The position numbers and the translations under genes are program-made. From positions 1-64,000 of the IMG/VR virus record IMGVR_UViG_3300008448_000014: a stretch of DNA of 64,000 nucleotides, one strand, 5' to 3'. The first letter of the stretch is position 1. Each line of letters begins with the position of its first letter. The DNA is from a virus. Under the pieces are notes generated by a model that was not told where the DNA came from, searched no databases, and worked only from the letters and a program-made list of their open reading frames with translations. This document shows, in pieces, positions 9,712 through 20,222 of the stretch.

Positions 9712-9767
9712 CAAAAAGGCTGGTTGGGTGATTAAGAACCAGGCGTAGATAATATAAGCACTTCTCT

Positions 9768-9971
9768 ATGAGAATATATGAACCAAAGAACAGAATAGAT
9801 GTTATAACCCCCAAGGGAGAGGGAGTGATTTTTCTTGTTACAGACTATGGTCATGAGACAGACACCATCTATACAATTATAATAAACACTACAGGTGAGA
9901 TGTGGCAATACACTCACAAAGATATAATAGTTAAACCCAATATAACATTTAAACGCTATGGCAACAATTAA
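9768..9971 (+). CDS. hypothetical small beta protein
   Basis: ORF overlapping the next gene. Confidence 0.55.
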   Translation: MRIYEPKNRIDVITPKGEGVIFLVTDYGHETDTIYTIIINTTGEMWQYTHKDIIVKPNITFKRYGNN

Positions 9972-10401
9972 AAAAGCACAGAATGGTTCTAATTTTGGAT
10001 TACCAAAAGGTGCAAAAGCAGTTCCTCAAAAAGATAGAAGACCTTCTTATATTCAAAAAGCAGATAAGAGTATTACTAATTTTTCTAAAAAAGTATCTGA
10101 TAAAGTTTCAGATGATTTAAAACCTGAAAATGTTAAAAAAGCTTTAAAAAATTTAAAAAATTTTGGTAAGGACTTAATAGGTATGAAAGCTGGTGGGTCT
10201 GTTAAAAAGAAAATGAGAAATGGTGGGTCTCTATCTGGACTTAAAGCATCAAACAAAAGAGCTGGTTCTGAAAAAGGAGCTTGGATCACTGTACAAAACA
10301 AAACATTAGCTGGTGCTACAAGTAAAGCTAAACTTACCAAAGACAAACAACTTGGTGCTACAAAAATGGCTAAAAGAGGAATGTCTATTAAAAAGAAATA
10401 A
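9958..10401 (+). CDS. Lys-rich basic protein with KxxxG(G) motifs
   Basis: KKAQNG, MKAGG, KKMRNGG. Confidence 0.65.
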   Translation: MATIKKAQNGSNFGLPKGAKAVPQKDRRPSYIQKADKSITNFSKKVSDKVSDDLKPENVKKALKNLKNFGKDLIGMKAGGSVKKKMRNGGSLSGLKASNKRAGSEKGAWITVQNKTLAGATSKAKLTKDKQLGATKMAKRGMSIKKK

Positions 10402-10556
10402 TGGCTACTGATAAAAAATGGATTCAGAAAGCAGTAAAAGGAATGCGTAAAGATAAACCTTGTACTGGGCCTAAACTTGGTAGTAAAACTTGTCCTCCTG
10501 GAAGTAAAAGATATAATCTTGCCAAAACTTTTAGTAAAATGAATAAAAAGAAATAA
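10401..10556 (+). CDS. 51-aa basic protein, not in ORF track
   Basis: MATDKKWIQKAVK...NLAKTFSKMNKKK; TAATG coupling to the previous gene. Confidence 0.7.
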   Translation: MATDKKWIQKAVKGMRKDKPCTGPKLGSKTCPPGSKRYNLAKTFSKMNKKK

Positions 10557-10558
10557 TT

Positions 10559-11068
10559 ATGGCAAATATAACAAAAGTACCTAATGGTCCTCTTATTAAA
10601 AAGAAGGGTGAGTTTAAAGGAAGTACATTAAAAGCTGGTGGTGTTGTTAAGAAAGCACAAACTGGTGATAGTTTAACTCCTCAACAAAAAAGAGCTAAGT
10701 TAGATAGTATTACAGCAGTTAAAAGAGCTGAAATAACAAGGAAAAAAGATTCTATTCTTAATAGAAATGCTGCAGCTCAAGGTCTTACAAGAGAACAAGT
10801 AAGAGCTAAGCAAGAAGCTGATAAAAAGAAACCAGATGCCACTAGTTCTAGTTTAAGTGGACAAAATGCAGGTCCTGATGGATGTAAAGCTATTGGTAAA
10901 GCTGCTAGAGCTAGAAAGAAAAATGGTGGTATGATTAAACGTGCTGATGGTTCATTTTCTAAACCTGGTCTTTGGGATAATATCCGTAAGAATAAAGGAT
11001 CTGGAAAGAAGCCTACAAAGCAAATGTTAGTACAAGAGAAGAAGATTAAAGCTAAATCTAAGAAATAA
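10559..11068 (+). CDS. Lys-rich basic protein
   Basis: KAGG, KKAQTG, KKNGG and GLWDNIR motifs. Confidence 0.65.
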   Translation: MANITKVPNGPLIKKKGEFKGSTLKAGGVVKKAQTGDSLTPQQKRAKLDSITAVKRAEITRKKDSILNRNAAAQGLTREQVRAKQEADKKKPDATSSSLSGQNAGPDGCKAIGKAARARKKNGGMIKRADGSFSKPGLWDNIRKNKGSGKKPTKQMLVQEKKIKAKSKK

Positions 11069-11346
11069 TGGCAACTAAATCTGCAACTAAAAAGCCTGCA
11101 ATTAAAAAAGCTAGACCAGGTGCTTGGACTCGTAAAGAAGGACAAAGCCCTACAGGTGGATTGAATGCTAAAGGAAGAGCATCTTTAAGAGCTCAAGGAC
11201 AAAACATAAAACCTCCTCAACCTGAGGGTGGTCCTAGAAAAAAATCTTATTGTGCGAGATCTGCAGGACAAATGAAAATGTTTCCTAAAGCAGCTAAAGA
11301 TCCAAATAGTAGATTAAGATTAGCAAGGAAAAAATGGAAATGTTAA
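11068..11346 (+). CDS. basic phage protein (DUF6321-like)
   Basis: RKEGQSPTGGLNAKGRAS...RKKSYCARS...KDPNSRL...KWKC signature. Confidence 0.65.
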   Translation: MATKSATKKPAIKKARPGAWTRKEGQSPTGGLNAKGRASLRAQGQNIKPPQPEGGPRKKSYCARSAGQMKMFPKAAKDPNSRLRLARKKWKC

Positions 11347-11367
11347 ACCCTATAAAAATATAAAATC

Positions 11368-11850
11368 ATGTTACAACCTAAAAAGCCTGTAAAGAAATAT
11401 GTTCCTACAGCAAAAGAAAAAAAGAATCTTAAAGATGCTAAAGAGCAGAAAAATATGAGACCTCCATTTACTTCTGAGGAAAGAAAGAAAATGCCTAGAG
11501 TAGGTAGTATGGGAACTGCTAAAAATGGTAAAAATATTAAAAAAGCTAAAACAGGAACTTCATTAGGAATGAAATCTGTTAAAGCTGGTTATGATAAAAA
11601 TCCTGGTGTAACTCGTGCTGATATTATTACAGCTGCTACAAAGAAAGCTAAAACTGGAACTATTATTCCTAAAAAGAATAGTGTATCTAAAAATGTTGGT
11701 AATCTTAATAAAGCTAAATTTGGTGATATGTTAGGTAAAGCAGCAGGTAGTGGTATGTTTGGATTAGCTGGAATGGCTGCTAATAAACTATTTGGTGATA
11801 AAAAGAAAACAGGTGGTACTGTGAAAAAATGTATGCAAGGTTGCAAATAA
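11368..11850 (+). CDS. Lys-rich basic protein
   Basis: AKNG, KKAKTG twice, KAKFG, KKTGG. Confidence 0.65.
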   Translation: MLQPKKPVKKYVPTAKEKKNLKDAKEQKNMRPPFTSEERKKMPRVGSMGTAKNGKNIKKAKTGTSLGMKSVKAGYDKNPGVTRADIITAATKKAKTGTIIPKKNSVSKNVGNLNKAKFGDMLGKAAGSGMFGLAGMAANKLFGDKKKTGGTVKKCMQGCK

Positions 11851-12032
11851 TTATGGCTGCAAGTAAATCAATGACTTCTGGTAAAGCTAAGAAGAGTGGA
11901 GCACCAAGAATGGCTCCTAAAGTTGGTATTCCTAGAAAGGATAAACCTTTTTCTAAAGTGAAGAGTATGGATGATAAAGCTATAAGAAAAGCTCCTATGC
12001 AACTAATGAAACAAAAAAGACTAAGTAAATAA
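11829..12032 (+). CDS. small basic protein (true start probably ATG 11853)
   Basis: Lys/Met-rich; last gene before the terminator. Confidence 0.55.
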   Translation: MYARLQIIMAASKSMTSGKAKKSGAPRMAPKVGIPRKDKPFSKVKSMDDKAIRKAPMQLMKQKRLSK

Positions 12033-12063
12033 ATTCTTCTCTTCTTTTCATATTTTTTTTGTT

Positions 12064-12096
12064 AAAAAAAGCTCTATAGTGATATAGAGCTTTTTT
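12064..12096. terminator. bidirectional intrinsic terminator
   Basis: A7-GCTCTATA-gtga-TATAGAGC-T6 between convergent gene blocks. Confidence 0.9.
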
Positions 12097-12099
12097 GTT

Positions 12100-12990
12100 T
12101 TAATAAAATAAATTTAAATAGTCTTTATAGTCTCCCCAATAACTATTAGTGGGTTTTATATCTGTTGTAGAATATATACTATAGTGAGAAGTAAAATGTC
12201 CACCATGATTAACATGTACTGCAGGATTAATACAACTCCATTTCTGTCTAATTATATTAGGAATTTGAGGTTCTATCATTCCACTATTTGTAACAAGTGC
12301 ATTTTCTAATATAGATTCACAATGTTTTATAGCTTCATCAAATCTCATTGTCATTTGATGAAATGGTTCATGTTTAATAGGGACATTTTGCCAACCACTT
12401 TTACATAGTCCCATATAGTTCATATTAGTTATAACAGTGTTATTAGGAATGTCTGGAAAATCAAAATATCCTTCAGGATATAATACATCATGCTCTAAAA
12501 AAGATACATAGTCATAATTACCAGTTTGTTTTGCAACATATAATAGTTGCATTATTTGTAATAACTGGTTTAAATGAGACGTAGTTTTAGTCCAAGCTAT
12601 ATATTCAGTAAATGGATTCTGAGATTCATGGTTCCACATACAAGTTAATATGTCTGCTTTACCTTCTGATGCTTTTTGAATACTCTTTAAAGATGCTCTT
12701 ATAGCAGGAAAGGTTTCTGGTCTTGTATTATTAGAATAAAATATTCCAAGCTTATTATTAGTAGAAGCAGGGTAGACAAATAGTTTTCCTTCTGGTGTTG
12801 TAAACTTTTTACCATCTATATCAATTACAAGATTTTTAACTTTACCTACAGCAGGATCTCCTATTATATTATTGTCAGAACGTAAAATCAATTGGCCATT
12901 TCTGACCAATGATTTTACTTTTTCTGTACAATCTATATTTTCATATGTTGCTTTTAGTATATTCATATTACCATATATGAGCAACATCAA
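12100..12990 (-). CDS. glycosyltransferase (GT-A, EHD motif) with N-terminal lectin-like domain; start probably 12966
   Basis: ILKATY...DPAVGKVKNL lectin-like module; YVSFLEHDVLY motif. Confidence 0.6.
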   Translation of the reverse strand: MMLLIYGNMNILKATYENIDCTEKVKSLVRNGQLILRSDNNIIGDPAVGKVKNLVIDIDGKKFTTPEGKLFVYPASTNNKLGIFYSNNTRPETFPAIRASLKSIQKASEGKADILTCMWNHESQNPFTEYIAWTKTTSHLNQLLQIMQLLYVAKQTGNYDYVSFLEHDVLYPEGYFDFPDIPNNTVITNMNYMGLCKSGWQNVPIKHEPFHQMTMRFDEAIKHCESILENALVTNSGMIEPQIPNIIRQKWSCINPAVHVNHGGHFTSHYSIYSTTDIKPTNSYWGDYKDYLNLFY

Positions 12991-13261
12991 ATGTTGAAAT
13001 CATAATAACTTCTCTATCTGCTGATAAAGGAATTCTAAGAGCTTTACCTGCAGTAGAAGGATCAATCATAATTTCATCACCCTCTTTTATATCTTCTATA
13101 AGATTACCAACAGCATAAACTTTTAGTCTACCCCATTTTTTCATTTTTTCTGCTTCTAATGCAGCTTTAGATTCTTCATCTAAATGAATAGAACTCTTGG
13201 GTTCTTCAGGAATTTCTAAATAAATTCTATTCCCTCTTAGTTGTTTAAATTCTTTTGCCAT
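12968..13261 (-). CDS. groES: GroES-like co-chaperonin
   Basis: LRGNRIYL...VYAVG...IKEGDEI pattern, 97 aa. Confidence 0.7.
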   Translation of the reverse strand: MAKEFKQLRGNRIYLEIPEEPKSSIHLDEESKAALEAEKMKKWGRLKVYAVGNLIEDIKEGDEIMIDPSTAGKALRIPLSADREVIMISTFDVAHIW

Positions 13262-13267
13262 AATTTA

Positions 13268-13504
13268 TTACTTAAATGTTAATACTTTTACTACATTCAT
13301 CTGAGCATTTAAAATCTCTCCAACACTATGGTTATATAATTTTTCATACAATGAATTAAATGTTCCTTCATCAAAAGATTCTTGTTTAGCTTCTTCTAAT
13401 ATATCTGCTAGTTCAGCACAAAGTTCTTTCACTCTTTGTACTTTTTCATTTCCTGATGGGTTAAATGGCAATCCAACAAGTTTTTGTCCAAAAGTTTGTT
13501 CCAT
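13268..13504 (-). CDS. Acb2/Tad1-like helical hairpin protein (candidate anti-defence sponge)
   Basis: FNPSG...VKELCAELAD...AQMNVVK pattern; recalled family resemblance. Confidence 0.5.
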   Translation of the reverse strand: MEQTFGQKLVGLPFNPSGNEKVQRVKELCAELADILEEAKQESFDEGTFNSLYEKLYNHSVGEILNAQMNVVKVLTFK

Positions 13505-13782
13505 TATGATCTATATTCAGTTGATTGATAAAAACGTGCACCATCTTCTGCAGATAATACTATTTCTGATTGAACAGTTTCACGTACATTTTTGTACCCT
13601 TTCATTTTGTTAGTCTTTAGATCAATGTCAGGTTGTTGTGTAACTCTCTCATTGAAATCATCAAGAATAACAATTACAGATCCTTCTTCATTAGTAAGAG
13701 ATCTAATTACTTTTTCAAGATTAAAGGAAGCTTTATATTCCTTTTCAGCTATTGTAGCTGTGTAAATAAATTGGTTTTTCAT
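13504..13782 (-). CDS. hypothetical protein
   Basis: Coupled ORF. Confidence 0.6.
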   Translation of the reverse strand: MKNQFIYTATIAEKEYKASFNLEKVIRSLTNEEGSVIVILDDFNERVTQQPDIDLKTNKMKGYKNVRETVQSEIVLSAEDGARFYQSTEYRS

Positions 13783-14198
13783 AAAATATTATATTTAATT
13801 TTTAATAATTCTCTTTTTTTGTTAATGTACTCATACTTATACATGTCTAATTCTACTGAAGCGTGAATTTCTGGTTGTAAAAATACTATATTTTCCTCAT
13901 CAAAACAAGCTTGTGGGTATTTACTTTTTGGTAGTATGTGATGTTGATATAAAGAAGAACACCTGTTTCCTAGATATTTTCCACTAACTTCACAATAATG
14001 TGGTTTATTTTTCCAGCATAATTCAAAGAACTCTTTCATTTGTGGGATATGTCCATCATTATAGACATTTCTAGGTTTTTTGCTGGAAATAACAGACATT
14101 TTCCTATTTAAACCCTTACCAGAAGATAAGGGTTTTTTAGGTTTACATTTAAAACAAAATTCTGATAATGCTTTAGCACCACATTTACTACACTTCAT
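13779..14198 (-). CDS. Zn-finger/HNH-like nuclease
   Basis: CxxC pairs, HHILPK...ENI...H. Confidence 0.6.
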   Translation of the reverse strand: MKCSKCGAKALSEFCFKCKPKKPLSSGKGLNRKMSVISSKKPRNVYNDGHIPQMKEFFELCWKNKPHYCEVSGKYLGNRCSSLYQHHILPKSKYPQACFDEENIVFLQPEIHASVELDMYKYEYINKKRELLKIKYNIL

Positions 14199-14368
14199 TT
14201 TTAGGATTTATTAAATTTTCTGCCTGATTTGTAAGTTTAGAAAATCCCAACTTTTTTTTAATAGTATTTTTACAATGACAAAGTTTTACTGTAGCTGATG
14301 TATTAGAATTATAGGGAGCAAATTTATACCCTCCACATTTCTTACATATATTTTGTAATACTAAGTTA

Positions 14369-14674
14369 TTATTCATCTTTCAAAAATTGTCCATCTTTCA
14401 TTACTCCTGTACGTTTAGAAATTACATTATATGCACTTTCTAAACAATCAATAAGACTTACTTCTTGCATTTCTGCTTGAATAATAATTGTAACAAGTAT
14501 ATCACCTAGAGCATCTTCTATCTCTGGTTTATTGTTTGTATTAATTGCATCAATAAGTTCTTGAACTTCTTCTACTGTTTTACCAGCTTGTGCTCTTGGT
14601 GTTCCATTATCTAGAATACCTTTCTGATGTGCCCATGTTATAACAAGAGCTTCTAATTCATTATAACTTCTCAT
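14369..14674 (-). CDS. MazG-like nucleotide pyrophosphohydrolase
   Basis: EEVQEL...IEDALGDILV...KRTG. Confidence 0.85.
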   Translation of the reverse strand: MRSYNELEALVITWAHQKGILDNGTPRAQAGKTVEEVQELIDAINTNNKPEIEDALGDILVTIIIQAEMQEVSLIDCLESAYNVISKRTGVMKDGQFLKDE

Positions 14675-14675
14675 A

Positions 14676-15692
14676 TTATTCTTCTATTAAAATTTCTTCA
14701 TCTACTACTTCTATTTCTTCTATAGGAGTTTCATTATTTAAATTAGCTATTACTTTTCTTTCTATTTCTAATAGAATATCAGAGTTTTCTTCTAGAAAGT
14801 CTTTAAGCTTGTCAGTTCCTTGAAATTTATTCTCTTCATAAGTAAACCATGCTCCTCCTTTTTTGATAATATCAAACTCTACAGCATAGTCAATAATTTC
14901 TCCAAGCTTATCAATACCTGTACCCCATTCAATAGCAAACTTAGCTACACCAAATGGAGATGCAAGTTTATTCTTAATAACATCTACAGTTGTTTTATTA
15001 AGCTCATTAATCTTGTCATTCATTTTCCATACTTTCCATCTTACATCTGCATAAAATTTAATAGCATTACCACCTGTAGTAGTAGATGCTTCTCCATAAC
15101 CACCAATATTACTTCTAGTTTGAGATATAATAAACAATGTACAATTATGATTAGCTAACAAGCCTTTCACCTTCATACAAAATTTACTATTTAGTCTAGC
15201 TTGTAAACCAATTGTAGCATCACCCATCTCTCCTTGAAGAATAGCTTTAGGCATAGCTGCTGATTGACTATCTATTACAAGACATGATATAATATTATTC
15301 TCTATTAATGCTAGAGCCATATCATAACCTTCTTCTTGTGTTTCTGGTTGATAGATTAATAAAGCATCTACATCTACCCCTAGAGTTGTTGCATATTTTC
15401 TATCAAATGCATACTCATAATCAAACAGTGCTACTTTCTTATCAGGGAAAGCTTGTTGATATTCTGCCATTTGGTGAAGAGTTAGTGTTGATTTTCCAGA
15501 ACTATTTTCTCCAAATATTTCTATAAACTTACCAACAGCTGTACCTCCTACACCCATTGCTTGATTTAATTGTAAAGATCCTGTGCTTACAATTGTCAAA
15601 TCTTCAGGAACCAGCCTTCCCAAACCATACTTTTTCTCTAATCCATCAAGAACTAGGTCAACTCCTTGTTTTTCTACTTTTCTCTTTGCCAT
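14676..15692 (-). CDS. recA: RecA recombinase
   Basis: GENSSGKST Walker A, VIDS, GGNAIKFYADVR, KNKLASPF. Confidence 0.95.
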   Translation of the reverse strand: MAKRKVEKQGVDLVLDGLEKKYGLGRLVPEDLTIVSTGSLQLNQAMGVGGTAVGKFIEIFGENSSGKSTLTLHQMAEYQQAFPDKKVALFDYEYAFDRKYATTLGVDVDALLIYQPETQEEGYDMALALIENNIISCLVIDSQSAAMPKAILQGEMGDATIGLQARLNSKFCMKVKGLLANHNCTLFIISQTRSNIGGYGEASTTTGGNAIKFYADVRWKVWKMNDKINELNKTTVDVIKNKLASPFGVAKFAIEWGTGIDKLGEIIDYAVEFDIIKKGGAWFTYEENKFQGTDKLKDFLEENSDILLEIERKVIANLNNETPIEEIEVVDEEILIEE

Positions 15693-15760
15693 TATTTAAT
15701 TGTTTTAATTATTATTTAAAGTTATTAATTTTTTATGTTATTTCCTAATTTAATTAGATG

Positions 15761-15793
15761 AAAAACCCCAGGAAATGGGTGATTTCCTAGGGC
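15761..15793 (-). terminator. intrinsic terminator
   Basis: On minus strand: CCCTAGGAAAT-loop-ATTTCCTGGGG-TTTTT. Confidence 0.75.
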
Positions 15794-15825
15794 TATTTCA
15801 ACATTTAAAAATAGAAAAACAACAA

Positions 15826-16008
15826 TTATTCTTTTAATTCTGTATTACCTTTTGCTTTTTCTGTATATGGACAAAATTGACAATCATTTCCACAACAAGA
15901 TCCTCTATCTTTCAGATAAGATTCTGAAAAAATTACTCTACCATTTATAAGGTAATAATCTTTACCTTCTATAAATTCTTTATTTGTCATAACATTTTTA
16001 AATTTCAT
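15826..16008 (-). CDS. Cys-rich protein (DUF5522-like)
   Basis: RGSCCGNDCQFCPY. Confidence 0.75.
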   Translation of the reverse strand: MKFKNVMTNKEFIEGKDYYLINGRVIFSESYLKDRGSCCGNDCQFCPYTEKAKGNTELKE

Positions 16009-16023
16009 AATGCAATATACGAT

Positions 16024-16365
16024 TTATTTTTGGTTTATAATACTTTCAACTATTATATGTTCAGTGTGTAAAAACTCTTTTACTACTAATGATACAGCAT
16101 CTCTATTAATTTTTAAACATTTAGAAACTTTATTACAACTTTTTAATCTAAAGTAAGTTTCTAATATTTCTATTTTTCTTTTATTATAAAGTTTATGTTT
16201 TGGAGATACAGAGCTTTTATTTCTAATTAAATAATTAATTTCTCTTTCATTAAATATTTTATATTTACCTAATTGAAATCCTTTTATTTTTAAATCAGAT
16301 GCAGATCTTTTTAATTCTCTGATACTAATATCATATTGTTTACTAATTTCTTCATAACTTAACAT
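16024..16365 (-). CDS. putative HTH DNA-binding protein
   Basis: Two HTH-like segments. Confidence 0.4.
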   Translation of the reverse strand: MLSYEEISKQYDISIRELKRSASDLKIKGFQLGKYKIFNEREINYLIRNKSSVSPKHKLYNKRKIEILETYFRLKSCNKVSKCLKINRDAVSLVVKEFLHTEHIIVESIINQK

Positions 16366-17900
16366 TTTTCATTTGTTTTATAATTTCACTTTCATTTTCA
16401 AATACATATCTATACTTAACATCTTTATACTCTTCTATAATATATGGGTTTTCCATTTTTCTAAAAAAGTTTTTATCATCTTTAGTTTCTACAGCTAATA
16501 TAAAATGACTATGATTATATCCACAAACAACACCACTGTATTTAGGATGTGTTATAATAAATCCTTTAAAGAGATTGAATAGGTTTTCCATTTACATCTA
16601 GGTTTAAGCTTAATAATCTTTGTTCCACTTCAAATTCCACTTTTAATAATAAACTAATTTTTTCTTCTAGTTCACTATTAATAATTCTTCCTACAAAAGG
16701 AAGAAGCTCATCTAGATTGGTATATACTCTTGGTAAACCATATTTAGTTTTAATCTGAGAGTATTTAAACCCAGGTATTTTAGTAAGGTCTTTAAACACT
16801 GTATTCATATAATGTACAACTGAAGGTACACCTATTTCCATACCATAAAATCCTTCTTCTATATATTCCTTATAAAAGGAATTAAATTCATTACTTGTTC
16901 TCATATTTTTTAATTTTAAGGGAGACAAATATAATTCATCTCCCTGATTATTCCTAATTATTCTTCCAGTTTTGGTAACTCAATTGGGGTTAATTTAGTT
17001 TCTAATTCTTTAAATGCAGCTTTTATAGCAAATACTTCAGCTTCTTTCCTAGATTTACAAAAATGATTTTCTACTGATGCTTGCATTATTTCCCATTCCC
17101 ATTCTTCAGTGCTATTAGGAGTTCTTATAATATTTATAGATAGTTCATGCTGATCAAATACATCAAATAATGTTCTTGGTTGAACATCTATAACAGTGCT
17201 TATTCTATCATCTGATATACCTTCATCTAATATAGCTTGTTTAAATTCTTCTGGAACAGAATCTGTATTCATAGATTCCATCATCATTTCTAAAAACCAA
17301 TCCTTAACAACTTTTGCTGCTAAAGGATATTTACTCAATAATTCCTGTGCTTTCATATTCTTTTATTTTATTTAAATTTAATTGTTCATCTTGGTCATCC
17401 CAACCTCTCCAGACTTCTTGATCTTCTTCAAACTTTACATCTAATTTTTCTTCCCAGAAATCTATTAAATCTTGTGTCTTTTTAAAGATTCTAACTTGTA
17501 AAGCAATTTCATCTCTATGTTTTCCATTTATTAAAATTTTAACAGCTTTAGGAAACACATCTTGAAACTTTTTTGAAGTTTTAGAATATTTACCTTGTCT
17601 AATTAAATCAAAATCTTCTTTGAATTTATCATCAAGTTTATATACTACTACTACAAATCCATCTTCATAATCATAGTCTTCTATTACATTTTTAGTTCTT
17701 TCATGTTCAAGGTCTAGAAATTCTCTAAATTTATCTAGATTGGGAGGTTTAAATAATAAACATATACAATCCTTATATTGATGTTCTTTGTCAATATCTG
17801 TACTATATGCATTTATAAACCCATTATCTTTTAAAGAATTCTTTGGTATTTGTAAGGTGGGAACCATAAAAATACTAGTTATGGTTTTCTTTATATCCAT
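16352..17900 (-). CDS. four coupled hypothetical proteins (16352-16591, 16566-16928, 16958-17356, 17331-17900)
   Basis: Tightly packed ORFs on the coding strand; no recognisable motif. Confidence 0.6.
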
Positions 17901-17901
17901 A

Positions 17902-18732
17902 TTATTTTAAATTTTTAATTTCTTCTAGAGTGTGTAACTTTAAAACTTTATAGTAAAGTCTTATTTGTTGTTTTGCCTCTATATTATTATTTTTTGTGGC
18001 TTTTAAATATGCTAAATAAATAGCTTTTATAAATTGATAATCTGTCATATCAATATGTAGATTATTTTCACACCATGCTTTCCCTACACCTTTTGCTCCT
18101 GGTACACCATCTGTACTATCTCCAGTAATAATTTGTGTAGCTCTAGCAAGTCTACTTTCTTTTTCAGAGATGTATTTAAACTCTCCTAGAACATCATTAT
18201 AACCTCTATAATCATATAAAGGTATGTTTGGGCTATAATAGAGAACATCTTTGTCTATAGAGCTTACTACGCAGTTTCCAGAGCATTCACTAACAGCATC
18301 AATAATGTAATCATCAGCTTCTCCACCATGAGCTTCAATAGCACCTAGTTCATTAATCATATACTCTTTAATAATAGGAAGAAGAGGACTCTTTATAACA
18401 TTCTTTCTATTAGCCTTATATTCAGGAAATATTTTATATCTAAAATTATTCTTTCCTCCTATAAATATATATGTTTGTACAATATTATACCATTCTTCTA
18501 CATTAATTTGTATTTCTTGTAGTTTTGTTCTAGTTCTATATTTAGCTTCCTCTAATTGTTCTTCTTCTGTAGGAAACTCAAATAAAGAATCTTCAGGAAA
18601 ATATGTTGCTGTGTACATTATACTGTCAGCATCTATTAACAACACTCTATCAGAATCATCATAACTAGTAGGACAATTCTTCACTGCTCTTATAATCTCT
18701 TCTACGTTTTGTTTTACTGGTCCTTGTATCAT
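17902..18732 (-). CDS. 5'-3' exonuclease (T7 gp6/flap-endonuclease-like)
   Basis: LLIDAD, NFRY...YKANR, EADD, SIDKD, GDSTDGVPG..GVG. Confidence 0.9.
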   Translation of the reverse strand: MIQGPVKQNVEEIIRAVKNCPTSYDDSDRVLLIDADSIMYTATYFPEDSLFEFPTEEEQLEEAKYRTRTKLQEIQINVEEWYNIVQTYIFIGGKNNFRYKIFPEYKANRKNVIKSPLLPIIKEYMINELGAIEAHGGEADDYIIDAVSECSGNCVVSSIDKDVLYYSPNIPLYDYRGYNDVLGEFKYISEKESRLARATQIITGDSTDGVPGAKGVGKAWCENNLHIDMTDYQFIKAIYLAYLKATKNNNIEAKQQIRLYYKVLKLHTLEEIKNLK

Positions 18733-18737
18733 ATTAT

Positions 18738-18959
18738 TTATTTAATTATTTTTACTTCTCCTTGTGTTTCCATCCAAACATGTGCTCCACAACTAAGAGG
18801 TTTATCTGGACTATATACTATTTTACTAGGACCAACTATCTCAACTTCATGAGCATATTTATTCTCTTTATAAGTCTTAACAGTTAGAACAGGGTTTTGA
18901 ACCCCATTCTTTCTGTTATCTTTCACCACATGCTGATTCACATGTATTATTGTTTTCAT
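18738..18959 (-). CDS. conserved small phage protein
   Basis: IHVNQH...PLSCGAHVW pattern. Confidence 0.6.
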   Translation of the reverse strand: MKTIIHVNQHVVKDNRKNGVQNPVLTVKTYKENKYAHEVEIVGPSKIVYSPDKPLSCGAHVWMETQGEVKIIK

Positions 18960-19314
18960 CTTCTTTTATTTTTAAAATTTGATTAGTTAAATACTCTAAA
19001 GTATAAGCATAAGCTTCTTCTGATTCATAACAATATTGTATTCCTATTTTCTTAAACAAGAACACAATAGCATGGAATGCTTCGTGAGCTACAATTCCTG
19101 GATTATCTATATCATCTTTAAATCTTATAAGAATGCATCCACTTCTCATTTTATGTGTAGTAGCAATAGCTTTTTGATTAGCCATGTGTTTCTTAAAATC
19201 TTTCTCAGATATATTCTCTTTAATTTCTTTATATAAATCTTCATCTGATTGTCCTATAGATACAACTATATCATGTCCATACACATCTAGTGGTATTATT
19301 TTAAATATGTTCAT
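18916..19314 (-). CDS. HExxH metallopeptidase-like protein
   Basis: VAHEAFH...EEAYAY. Confidence 0.6.
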   Translation of the reverse strand: MNIFKIIPLDVYGHDIVVSIGQSDEDLYKEIKENISEKDFKKHMANQKAIATTHKMRSGCILIRFKDDIDNPGIVAHEAFHAIVFLFKKIGIQYCYESEEAYAYTLEYLTNQILKIKEDENNNTCESACGER

Positions 19315-20222
19315 ATTTTCTGTTTAAAAGATTCAATAATTTGTGGAACCATAGATCTCACTTCTCTTGGTACTCTTTGAAAAAACCAACGCACATCTAT
19401 TTCATATTCATTACCATTAGGATCAACTCCTTGTGGATGAATAATCCAAAAACTATATTGCTCTTTTTCATATATAACAAATCCTTCATACCATATTTCA
19501 TTGAATGAAGGATTTTTATTAATTGATATTTGTATCATGTTTAATTATTTTATCTATCACATACTACTTGTGCTTCAGGAAATTCTTTTAAAGCTTTTAA
19601 ATATTCTTCTATCCAAGGAACAAAGTTATGATACATTCCCCATCCATTTGAACTATTAAACTTTTCATAATGCTTAGGTCTGGCTTTCATATCTTCTAAT
19701 CCTTTTTCTATAATATCAATTATTTCATACGCTCTTACAGGATTGTCTTCTTCAAACTTATACTCAGCTTGGAGATCATCTTCTGGAATGTTATATTCTG
19801 GTTTTAATTGATATGGTCTCCATAAAGCATTATATATTCCTGCTTCATCAGCCATTTTGTTAAGATTATGTGTAATGTTTGCACTATACACTTCTTCTCT
19901 TCTAGGTTCTAATGTCACACCTTCATCATAACTGATAAGGTAGTTTCTATATAAGGATACATCTAAACTCATAGCTCCACTTCTTTAGGGTTCCAAGAAT
20001 AAATATATAATCTATAATCTTTACCTCCTGGTAATTTACTTTTTAATTTAGGAGAAAAACCTTTAACATCATTTTCCAGTTGTTCTACATTCAATATCAT
20101 TCTTTCTCCTTTATGGATTATTTCCATAGATTCTTTATTTCTAATACAACCAGTCACTTCATAATCTCTTACAGAAACTGTGGCATCATTGTTTAGTTTT
20201 GTTACTTCTTTTCTCATTTTTT

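Noticed and set aside
2150-11846. Minus-strand ORFs in the structural block (e.g. 4110-4784, 5396-5875, 10777-11145)
   Set aside because: Antisense shadows of well-supported + strand genes.
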